A stretch of 64,000 nucleotides of DNA from the NCBI GenBank assembly GCA_963668025.2, contig CAXXTH010000010.1, positions 960,001 to 1,024,000 on the forward strand. Direction: 5' to 3'. The notes beneath the pieces were generated by a model that did not search any database, was not told where the DNA came from, and worked only from the letters and a program-made list of their open reading frames with translations. The DNA comes from Candidatus Hydrogenedentota bacterium (lineage in GTDB: Bacteria > Hydrogenedentota > Hydrogenedentia > Hydrogenedentales > SLHB01). Positions 19,697-27,947 of this stretch are shown in pieces. Numbering within the stretch: position 1 is the stretch's first letter; each line of letters opens with the position of its first letter. A program made the position numbers and the translations under genes.

Positions 19697-20752
19697 ATGC
19701 GGCGAATGATATTGCGTGATGTGAAGCAGATGGCGTTTGAAGAAGTAGAGCGCCCGCACTGTCCTGAAGATGGGATGGTGCTGCAAATCAAGTCTTGTGC
19801 GGTATGCGCCACGGACGTGAAGATCTACAATTATGGCCACCAGCTCCTCAAGCTGCCCCGAGTGTTGGGCCATGAGGTGTCGGGCATACTCGATGCCGTG
19901 GGGCCTGCGGCGGAGGGGGGATTCCAGCCGGGACAGCGGGCGGCTGTTTGCGCTGTCATCAATTGCGGGCGGTGCGCGTATTGCTTGAGGGGCGCGCCGA
20001 GCATGTGCGAACAGCTCGAAGCGTTTGGCTACCACTACGATGGCGGTTATCAAGAATATATGGTGATACCAGCCAAGGCGATTCGGTGCGGCGGGGTGAA
20101 TGCGCTTTCGGATAAAGTGTCTTTTAACGAAGCGGCTATCGCGGAATTATTGGCCTGCGCGATCAACGGGCAAGGGTTGTCCAATTTCCGCATGGGCGAA
20201 TCCGTGCTGATCATCGGCTCGGGCCCGGTTGGATTGCTGCATGCGCAGCTCGCCCGTGTGCGTGGCGCGTCCAGCATTTGGATGGCGGACATCATGGAAG
20301 AAAAGCGGGCCATGGCCAAGCGTATTTTGGGCAATGCGCTCACGGGAACGCTGGATAACAGCCAGGAAGAAGCATTCCTGTCCGCAGTGCAGGAAGCGAG
20401 CGGCGGGCGCGGATTCGACCAAGTCATGCTGTGCTGCGGCGTGGGAGCCGTGCAGCGGATTTCGCTGCAATGCGTATCCAAAATGGGCTGTGTGAATTTC
20501 TTTGGCGGCCTGCCAAAAGGCAAGAGCATGGTGGAGCTTGACACGAATCAAGTCCACTACAAACAATGCCGGATCGTGGGCACGCATGGCTCCTCGGCCC
20601 TCGAGAACCGCCAGGCGCTCGAGCTCATTGAGCACGGCCTGATTGATGTGAAGCCGCTGGTGACCCATACGATTCCATTAGAGCAATTGGAAGATGCATT
20701 GCAGCTTAACGAGGCCAATACCCAGCGGTTGAAATGCGTCGTGCAGTTCTAG
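19697..20752 (+). CDS. Zinc-dependent polyol/alcohol dehydrogenase (MDR family)
   Basis: CATD, GHE, CGRCAYC-x7-C structural Zn site, GSGPVG. Confidence 0.9.
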   Translation: MRRMILRDVKQMAFEEVERPHCPEDGMVLQIKSCAVCATDVKIYNYGHQLLKLPRVLGHEVSGILDAVGPAAEGGFQPGQRAAVCAVINCGRCAYCLRGAPSMCEQLEAFGYHYDGGYQEYMVIPAKAIRCGGVNALSDKVSFNEAAIAELLACAINGQGLSNFRMGESVLIIGSGPVGLLHAQLARVRGASSIWMADIMEEKRAMAKRILGNALTGTLDNSQEEAFLSAVQEASGGRGFDQVMLCCGVGAVQRISLQCVSKMGCVNFFGGLPKGKSMVELDTNQVHYKQCRIVGTHGSSALENRQALELIEHGLIDVKPLVTHTIPLEQLEDALQLNEANTQRLKCVVQF

Positions 20753-20833
20753 ATACTAGGATTAATACGCAGCATGCCCAGCAGGAGTGTGCTGTTCTAA
20801 AAAAGAGGCAAGAATAGAATCTAGGAGAGATCG

Positions 20834-22045
20834 ATGCGACGATGTGTGTTCGGATTGCTCATAATGTGTTGCCTATTCACGGCGGTGGAATGCAAGGCGG
20901 AGCCTGCATTTGGTGTTTTCCAGTCTGGCGACCGGTATGCGATCATCGGTGATTCCATCACGGAACAAACTATGTACAGCCGGATGGCGGAAGTGTATCT
21001 GCGCTTGGCGGCGCCGGATAAGTTTGACCTGCATATTATGCAATATGGCTGGGGCGGCGAAACGTCCACGGGTTTCCTGGTGCGAATGGATGATGATCTA
21101 AGCGTATTCAATCCCACGGTGGTAAGCATTTGCTTTGGGATGAATGACGGTGGATATGTGCCATACCGGGATGAAATTGGCGCGCGCTACCGGGAAAGCA
21201 TGAAAGGCATTATTCAACACTGCAAAGCCATGGGCGTCCGCGAAATCGTGGTCATGTCGCCGGGCATCGTAGATCAGATTTATGTAAAGCCAGATTTGAC
21301 TTGGGAGAAATACAACGAGAATCTGCATGCCCTGCGGGATGTCGCGGAATCGGTCGCGAAAGAAGAGCAAGTTAAGTTCGCGGATGTATTTACCGCCATG
21401 CATACGGCGCTGGAAGCGGGCAAGCAGCATTACGGCTCCGCTTTCCATATGACCTATGACGGCATCCATCCCAAGGAAAACGGCCACATGATCATGGCGT
21501 GGCAGTTGCTCAAGGCGCTGGGCATGAAGGGCGACCTGGGCGCGGTCGAACTGGGTGAAGGTAATGTAGCGAAGGTTGACACGCGCCATTGGCCCATTTG
21601 CTTCTGGGGCGATCCCGCGACACCCGATTGTCCCGAGAACATTCTGCCGTTGATACCCTTTCAGTCTGAACTAAACCGGTTTGTTTTGCGTGGAGCCGTG
21701 GATGGTCCGGCCACGGTGCGCTGGGGTCAATGGGAATATGCCGCGAAAGCGGGTGAGTTGCGCCAAGGGATCAATCTTGCGGACGTTTTCCCGCGCAATC
21801 CGTTCACGGAGTCCTTCCAGAAGTTCAACGACTTGGTTCGCCAGAAACAGCAAACAGATATTGCCTTGATCAAAAACGTCTTTCATGGCTGCCGCCAAAT
21901 AAAAGATCTTGCGCCTGACGACAAGAAATTGGGTGAAGCGGTGAAATGCATCAATAATTCGATTAAGGATGTGCAGCAGAAAAGCGAACAGAAAGTCATA
22001 GACGCCATTACGCCGGTTGTGTCCGAGGTATCCGTGACTATGTAA
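20834..22045 (+). CDS. Secreted SGNH/GDSL hydrolase (copy 1)
   Basis: Signal peptide; GDSIT, GWGGET, FGMND, DGIHP. Confidence 0.88.
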   Translation: MRRCVFGLLIMCCLFTAVECKAEPAFGVFQSGDRYAIIGDSITEQTMYSRMAEVYLRLAAPDKFDLHIMQYGWGGETSTGFLVRMDDDLSVFNPTVVSICFGMNDGGYVPYRDEIGARYRESMKGIIQHCKAMGVREIVVMSPGIVDQIYVKPDLTWEKYNENLHALRDVAESVAKEEQVKFADVFTAMHTALEAGKQHYGSAFHMTYDGIHPKENGHMIMAWQLLKALGMKGDLGAVELGEGNVAKVDTRHWPICFWGDPATPDCPENILPLIPFQSELNRFVLRGAVDGPATVRWGQWEYAAKAGELRQGINLADVFPRNPFTESFQKFNDLVRQKQQTDIALIKNVFHGCRQIKDLAPDDKKLGEAVKCINNSIKDVQQKSEQKVIDAITPVVSEVSVTM

Positions 22046-22088
22046 GTGCTGTGTAAGCCAAGGCGAGAGTTAGCGCGTAATGATTGTA

Positions 22089-22135
22089 CGAGAAAGCCGG
22101 AAGGGCGCATATAACGCGTCTTTTCGGCTTTCTCG
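22089..22135 (+). terminator. Long stem-loop, probable terminator
   Basis: CGAGAAAGCCG / CGGCTTTCTCG with a G-U-paired inner stem. Confidence 0.55.
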
Positions 22136-22315
22136 ATATATAGGAAAATCATATGCCGCGGCTATTTTGATTTCCTTTGGATTCCGTGATAAATCTTCGC
22201 AAGCTCATCACATGAAGAAATGATGGAGCCTGATCCTGTCGGGGATAGATCAAGAAAACAACGGATGATGCGATAGTAGTGTGTGGTCAGTTCATCAAGA
22301 ATAGAGAGGTAACAT

Positions 22316-23461
22316 ATGTTTGGAGTATTCAAGCCTGGTGACCGGTATGCGATCATCGGCGATTCCATCACGGAACAAACCATGTATAGCCGGATGGCGG
22401 AAGCCTATCTGCGCCTGGCGGCTCCGGACGCATTTGATCTGCATATTATGCAATACGGCTGGAGCGGCGAAACGGCCACGGGTTTTCTCGCGCGCATGGA
22501 TGCCGATCTCGGCGTGTTCAAACCCACGGTGGCCAGCATTTGCTTCGGGATGAATGACGGGGCGTATGAGCCCTACCGGGATGAACTGGGCGCGTGTTAC
22601 CGCAAGAGCATGAAACGCGTCATTCAACATTGCAGAGCCATGGGTGTCCGCGAAATCGTGGTTATGTCACCGGGCATCGTAGACCAGCTCTTTGTGCGGT
22701 CGAATATCACGTGGGAGCAATACAACGAGAATCTCCACGTTATGCGGGATATCGCGGAATCCGTCGCAAAGGAAGAGCAAGTGGCGTTCGCGGATGTGTA
22801 TACCGCCATGCGCACGGCGCTTGAAGCGGGAAAACAGCATTATGGCCCTGGATTCCATCTGACATTTGACGGCATACATCCCAAGGAAAACGGGCATTTG
22901 CTTATGGCGTGGCTGTTGCTCAAAGCCCTGGGCATGAAGGGCGATGTGGGCGCATCTGAGCTGGGCGAAGGCAACACGGTGAAGGTCGATACACGGCACT
23001 GGCCGGTGTGTTTTTCTGGCGATCCCGCGGTACCTGACTATCCCGAAAATATGTTGCCGTTGATCCCGTTTCAATCGGAGCTAAACCGGTTCATCTTACG
23101 AGGAGCCGTGGATGGCCCGGCCATGGTGCGCTGGGGCGAATGGGAATATGCCGCGAAAGCAGGGGAGCTGCGCCGTGGAATCAACCTTGCGGATGCCTTC
23201 CCACGCAATCCGTTCACGGAGTCCTTCCAGAAGTTCAGCCAAATCGTCTGCGAGAAGCAGCTCATGGATCTGGGGTTAATCAAAGGCGTATTGCATGGCT
23301 GCCGCCAGATGGAAGCGTTTTTACCTGATAATCAGAAACTGCATGAAGCCGTCAAATGCGTCTATGACTCGATAAACGAAGCACACTTGAAAAGCGAGCA
23401 AAGAGTGCTGGATGCTATGAGTACAATTCAATCCGAAGTGAGTGTGCATCCGTCTGCATAA
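22316..23461 (+). CDS. SGNH/GDSL hydrolase (copy 2, no signal peptide)
   Basis: GAGG RBS; starts MFGVFKPGDRYAIIGDSIT; co-linear paralog of 20834..22045. Confidence 0.88.
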   Translation: MFGVFKPGDRYAIIGDSITEQTMYSRMAEAYLRLAAPDAFDLHIMQYGWSGETATGFLARMDADLGVFKPTVASICFGMNDGAYEPYRDELGACYRKSMKRVIQHCRAMGVREIVVMSPGIVDQLFVRSNITWEQYNENLHVMRDIAESVAKEEQVAFADVYTAMRTALEAGKQHYGPGFHLTFDGIHPKENGHLLMAWLLLKALGMKGDVGASELGEGNTVKVDTRHWPVCFSGDPAVPDYPENMLPLIPFQSELNRFILRGAVDGPAMVRWGEWEYAAKAGELRRGINLADAFPRNPFTESFQKFSQIVCEKQLMDLGLIKGVLHGCRQMEAFLPDNQKLHEAVKCVYDSINEAHLKSEQRVLDAMSTIQSEVSVHPSA

Positions 23462-23556
23462 AGACCATTTGCCAAGCCTTATAGCGAAATATAGCGAAAT
23501 AATATTTGAAAAGCAGTTCGGCATATGCTAAAGTGCATCCCCGCTAGACGCGATGC

Positions 23557-23633
23557 GTACCCGTAGCTCAATTGGATAGAGTGCTTGGCTACGGACCAAG
23601 AGGTTGGGGGTTCGAGCCCCTCCGGGTACGCCA
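23557..23633 (+). tRNA. tRNA-Arg (anticodon ACG)
   Basis: Acceptor stem GTACCCG/CGGGTAC, D-arm AGCTCAATTGGATAGAG, anticodon arm CTTGG-CTACGGA-CCAAG, T-loop GGTTCGAG, encoded CCA. Confidence 0.97.
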
Positions 23634-23644
23634 TATAAAACACT

Positions 23645-23685
23645 AAGCCTCAAGGACTTACGCAAGTCGCTCCTTGAGGCTTTTT
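23645..23685 (+). terminator. Terminator after the tRNA
   Basis: AAGCCTCAAGGA / TCCTTGAGGCTT followed by a T-run. Confidence 0.65.
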
Positions 23686-24190
23686 CTTTGGTTCCACTTT
23701 TGTATCCCGCCTGTATCCCGGGGGGCTTCTTTTTAGGCCGTTTCGGCGCTGCATGGCCGGGCAGTGATGACGGGCTGTTTGGTGATGGCCAGCATGGGCG
23801 TGGCGGGACAATTCGGGCGGGCTCGAACTGTCCTGGATTCCCGGAGCAATCCCGTAATCGTGAAAATTTTTATGATTAGCAGTCGTTATACTTCCGCAAT
23901 GACTCCGTCGTCTGATACCTCGAACAACGCCATACCCTGCCGTCCGGCTTTATCCGCCCCGTGCAGATACACCCGCAGCCCTTTTTCCGTGGGCCTCGTG
24001 CATATGGCGAAGACTCGAGTCCAGTTGTATCGACACTGAGCCACGGTGGACGCGGCATAAGCGCACTCAGGTATGTTGGATGAGGATGGCATTGTGAAGA
24101 GGCAGGACTGCGTTCGATGCGAGAATCGTGCAGGTGCGGACTTACCGGTAGGACAGCCACGTAGGACCGTAGAAACGAGCCATGTCCCCA

Positions 24191-27100
24191 TCAGTCATTA
24201 ACGGCTTTGGCGTCCTCTCTAATCTTTTCATAGACTTCTTTGAGGAGATGCTGGCTAACGACCTCTCGGAACCGATCCTCGTTCATGAATTTGGCGGTGA
24301 TATCCTCGTTCTGGTCCATCCGGTCGATGAAGAGACCTTCCAGCGCTTTGCGGAAGACGTAACCGAAGTTCTCCATCGTGTTGGCGATCGCTGCCTGGCG
24401 AAGGGTGTGGTCCGCGATAGCGTCTTCGCGGATCGACTCGAAGAACAACTGGTCACCCGGGCGAAAGTCCGTGCCCAAGCGCTCGTTTAAAATGTCGATA
24501 AGCCTGGAGAGCTCGATGTCATCGCCGCGCGCTACACCCGTGCCAACGGATGTGGGACCGGAGACCGGTTCTTGTTCGCCGGGTTGAAGCTGAATCGAGC
24601 CCTCGCCGATTTTCTGGAGGCGATAGTATTTCAGAGCCACATCGTCATCGAAATTGTAGATCGGCCCCCGGTCGCCTCTTGGCAGCTTGTTCAGGAGGAA
24701 CCGGATATAAGAGTAGTGTTTCTCCAGGTCCGTATCTTGGAACGGGATTACCTGCGACATGAATGAATACAGGTTCCGGTACGCAACGAGCGTTTTGCGG
24801 AACTCTTCCCGGACATCCTCGTCCAGCGCGTTGAATCGTCCCACGGCGGGGTCGATGCAGGCGTTCATCCGGGCATGGTCCGCAGGCGTCTGTGTGCGCT
24901 TCGGTTTATAGAAGACCTTGCAGAACTCTTCGACTTCCGCCTTGAAGTAGACCTGATGGCCGTCGAGCTTGGCCTGCAGTTCATAGAGTTGCTGGGCCTC
25001 GGCACGCTCGCCGATTGTGGTCTGCTCGTAGAACGGCTGGAACGCCTTGAGTATCTCCTCCGGCTCGTTCACGAAGTCCAGCACGAAGGTGTCCTCCTTG
25101 CCGGGATGGGTCCGGTTGAGGCGCGAGAGCGTTTGCACCGCTTGGATGTCAGCCAGCCGCTTGTCAACATACATCGTATGCAGCAAAGGTTGATCGAAAC
25201 CGGTTTGATACTTCTCGGCCACGAGCAGCACCTGGTACTCGTCTGACCCGAACCGTTCGGGCAGTTCCTTCTCCCGAATGCCGCCGTTCATCCCGACTTC
25301 CGTGTATTCGACGTTCGTCGCGTCCGGGTCGGTAACCGTTCCCGAGAAAGCCACGAGCGTCTTGATGCCTGTATATCCCTTTTCGGCGATATACTTGTCG
25401 AACGCCTGTTTGTACCTGACCGCATGCAGGCGGCTTGAGGTCACCACCATGGCCTTGGCCTTCCCGCCGATCTTGTGCATGGTGAAGTGGCGGAAATGCT
25501 CGACCATGACCTCGGTCTTTTGCGCGATATTGTGCGGGTGCAGGCTCATGAACCGCGCCAAGGCCCGCGCCGCCTTGCGTTTGTCCACCTTCGGATCGTC
25601 TTCGATAGACTTGATGAGCCGGTAGTAGGTTTTGTACGTCGTGTAGTTCCGAAGGACATCGAGGATGAACCCCTCCTCAATGGCCTGCCGCATACTGTAG
25701 AGATGGAAGGGAGCGGGCTTCCCGACCGGGCCAGGCTGGCCAAACACTTCCAGCGTCTTGTACTTGGGCGTGGCCGTAAAGGCGAAAAACGAGATGTTGG
25801 GCTGGCGGCCGCGCTTCAGCATGGTTTTGAGGATCTCTTCCTCGTAGTCGGTCAACCCCTGCTCGGCGGCATATTTCGCGGCTTCTTCCTTGACGATCGG
25901 CGAACCCAACACCCCCTTGAGTTCGGTGGCGGTCTCGCCGCCCTGGGAACTGTGGGCCTCGTCCACGATGACCGCATACTTGTGTTTGGGCAGGTCGCCG
26001 ATCTTCTCGGTCACGAAGGGGAACTTCTGCAAGGTGGTGATGACGATGGGAACACCCGTGGCGAGGGACTCCGCTAGTTGCGCCGAGTCGATATCGATCT
26101 TCTGCACCACGCCTTGTTTGTGCTCGAATTGGTAGATGGTGTTCTGAAGCTGCTGGTCGAGGACCACCCGGTCGGTCACCACAATGACCGAGTCGAAGAC
26201 CTTCTCATCGTTGTCGTCGTATAGGGTGGCCAGCCGGTGCGCCAGCCACGCGATGGAGTTGGATTTCCCGCTTCCCGCCGAGTGTTGGACGAGGTAGTTG
26301 GTCCCCGTGCCCTGGCTGTGCGCATCCGCCACCAACTGGCGCACGCAATCCAATTGGTGGTAGCGGGGGAAGATCATCGTCGCCTTCTTGACTTTCTTGC
26401 CGCCCAGCGTCTTGTCTTCAACCTGCAGGTGGACAAAACGCGCCAGGATGTCCAGAAGACTATGCCGCTTCAACACCTCTTCCCACAGATAGGCTGTCTT
26501 GTATCCGTCCCTATTATCAAGATTCCCGCCGCCGCCATTGCAGCCCTTGTTGAAAGGCAGGAAATAGGTCTTGCCCCCCGACAGGCGCGTGGTCATATAG
26601 ACCTCGTCCGTGTCCACGGCGAAATGCACCAGTGTTCGCCGCTTGAATTCGAAGATCAGTTCCGATGGATCCCGGTCGTTCTTGTACTGCGCCACCGCGT
26701 GCCGCCAGGTCTGGGCGGTCATGGGGTTCTTCAGTTCCGCCGTCGCCACCGGTATGCCGTTGAGCGCCAGCGTCACGTCGAGCGTGTTGCCATTCTTGGC
26801 CGAGTAGCGGAGCTGGCGCGTGATGGTGAGCCGGTTCGACTCATATCGCATGTTCGTTTCGGGATTCATCCCGCTCGCCGGGGCGAAGTACGCCACACGA
26901 AACAGCTTGCCGAAGCACTTGAACCCGTGCCGCAACACCGACAGGCAGCCCTCGTGTTCCGAGTTGAGCGCGCGGCACAAGTCGTCGAGCAACGTCTCCT
27001 CAGTCTTATTCTTCTGGATATTCGCCAGGTACTCCCACTCGTTGGGCTGGGTTTTCTGGATAAACGCGAGCACGCCGGCAGGGAACAGGCCCCGTTCCAG

Positions 27101-27196
27101 ATCGAACGCCTCCCGGTCGCCCTTCTCGTAGCCGCCCACCGTCGTCAGATGGTGTTCAATAGCGGTTTCAAAGGCGTATTCGGAATGATTTTTCAT
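24191..27196 (-). CDS. hsdR: Type I restriction endonuclease subunit R
   Basis: DVTLALNGIPVATAELKN nuclease, HSAGSGKS, DEAH, TATP, QTLSRLNR; start MKNHSEY at 27196 coupled (ATGA) to the upstream stop. Confidence 0.95.
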   Translation of the reverse strand: MKNHSEYAFETAIEHHLTTVGGYEKGDREAFDLERGLFPAGVLAFIQKTQPNEWEYLANIQKNKTEETLLDDLCRALNSEHEGCLSVLRHGFKCFGKLFRVAYFAPASGMNPETNMRYESNRLTITRQLRYSAKNGNTLDVTLALNGIPVATAELKNPMTAQTWRHAVAQYKNDRDPSELIFEFKRRTLVHFAVDTDEVYMTTRLSGGKTYFLPFNKGCNGGGGNLDNRDGYKTAYLWEEVLKRHSLLDILARFVHLQVEDKTLGGKKVKKATMIFPRYHQLDCVRQLVADAHSQGTGTNYLVQHSAGSGKSNSIAWLAHRLATLYDDNDEKVFDSVIVVTDRVVLDQQLQNTIYQFEHKQGVVQKIDIDSAQLAESLATGVPIVITTLQKFPFVTEKIGDLPKHKYAVIVDEAHSSQGGETATELKGVLGSPIVKEEAAKYAAEQGLTDYEEEILKTMLKRGRQPNISFFAFTATPKYKTLEVFGQPGPVGKPAPFHLYSMRQAIEEGFILDVLRNYTTYKTYYRLIKSIEDDPKVDKRKAARALARFMSLHPHNIAQKTEVMVEHFRHFTMHKIGGKAKAMVVTSSRLHAVRYKQAFDKYIAEKGYTGIKTLVAFSGTVTDPDATNVEYTEVGMNGGIREKELPERFGSDEYQVLLVAEKYQTGFDQPLLHTMYVDKRLADIQAVQTLSRLNRTHPGKEDTFVLDFVNEPEEILKAFQPFYEQTTIGERAEAQQLYELQAKLDGHQVYFKAEVEEFCKVFYKPKRTQTPADHARMNACIDPAVGRFNALDEDVREEFRKTLVAYRNLYSFMSQVIPFQDTDLEKHYSYIRFLLNKLPRGDRGPIYNFDDDVALKYYRLQKIGEGSIQLQPGEQEPVSGPTSVGTGVARGDDIELSRLIDILNERLGTDFRPGDQLFFESIREDAIADHTLRQAAIANTMENFGYVFRKALEGLFIDRMDQNEDITAKFMNEDRFREVVSQHLLKEVYEKIREDAKAVND

Positions 27197-27819
27197 GATG
27201 CGTCCATTCCCGTAGGGGCAACCCCCCGTGGTTGCCCATTTTCCCGTGGTTGCCCATTTCCCTTTTCCCGGTCCATTTCCCATTGCGCCGGGTTATTCGC
27301 GATGTATTCCCGGATACGGTTCATTTCATTGTCGTCGCGGATGATATGTTCGTAATAATTGCGCTGCCACAATTTGCCCGGGAACGGACGCCATCCGTTC
27401 TGTTTGACCCCATCGACGTACCGTTTTGTAGACATGGTTTTGAAACGGTGGATGACATCCGGCAACGACAATGCCGCATTCCGCCGATCCCCCGTCGGGG
27501 CGGCCCCCCGTGGCCGCCCATCGCCAGGGCAGGCACAGGGGCCTGCCCCGACGATAACGATAATTCCGTGAATGTGGTTTGGCATGATTACGAATTCATC
27601 GGTTTCGATCCCGGAATAATTCGTAGGAATTTCATCCCACACCTGTTGAACCATCCGTCCTGCATCGTTCAACGCCATTTGGGGGCGGCCACAGGGGGCC
27701 GCCCCTACGATATGACCGAACATACATTCCCGGTTCTGGGTGCAAACCGTCACGAAATACGCCCCGGCCTGCGCATAATCGTAACACTGCAAACGGATGG
27801 AACGGCGGTGTTTCGTCAT
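27193..27819 (-). CDS. REP-associated tyrosine transposase (RAYT, IS200/Y1 family)
   Basis: RRSIRL...YDY...GAYFVTVCT, MPNHIHGII (HUH), WQRNYYEHIIR, YIANNP; GGAGG RBS then ATG at 27819. Confidence 0.88.
   Translation of the reverse strand: MTKHRRSIRLQCYDYAQAGAYFVTVCTQNRECMFGHIVGAAPCGRPQMALNDAGRMVQQVWDEIPTNYSGIETDEFVIMPNHIHGIIVIVGAGPCACPGDGRPRGAAPTGDRRNAALSLPDVIHRFKTMSTKRYVDGVKQNGWRPFPGKLWQRNYYEHIIRDDNEMNRIREYIANNPAQWEMDREKGNGQPRENGQPRGVAPTGMDAS
27212..27708. repeat. Four 26-bp REP-like palindromes inside the RAYT CDS
   Basis: GT[AC]GGGGC..(C)n.GTG..GCCC at 27212-27237(+), 27494-27519(+), 27527-27552(-) and 27683-27708(-). Confidence 0.75.
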
Positions 27820-27917
27820 GCCGGAACCTCCTTGCGCACGTCGATCTTGCCGGTGACCGTCGTGAGGTGGTGTTCGATGGCGGTTTTTAAGGCGTATTCC
27901 GTGTGCTGGGCTGGCAT
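27816..27917 (-). pseudogene. Chimeric hsdR(5')::hsdS(3') mini-ORF, 33 aa
   Basis: MPAQHTEYALKTAIEHHLTTVTGKIDVRKEVPA*; first half matches the HsdR start (HSEYAFETAIEHHLTTV), second half matches the HsdS end (VTGKIDVR). Confidence 0.85.
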
Positions 27918-27947
27918 CTCCATCCTTTCTGCAAGACCTAGAGGGCT

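Noticed and set aside
27197-27283. N-terminal extension of HsdR (KWATTG x2)
   Set aside because: Alternative-frame reading of the RAYT 3' end and REP duplication; HsdR-like sequence starts at 27196.
27212-27708. CRISPR array
   Set aside because: Repeats are in both orientations, irregularly spaced and inside a CDS; no cas genes in the window.
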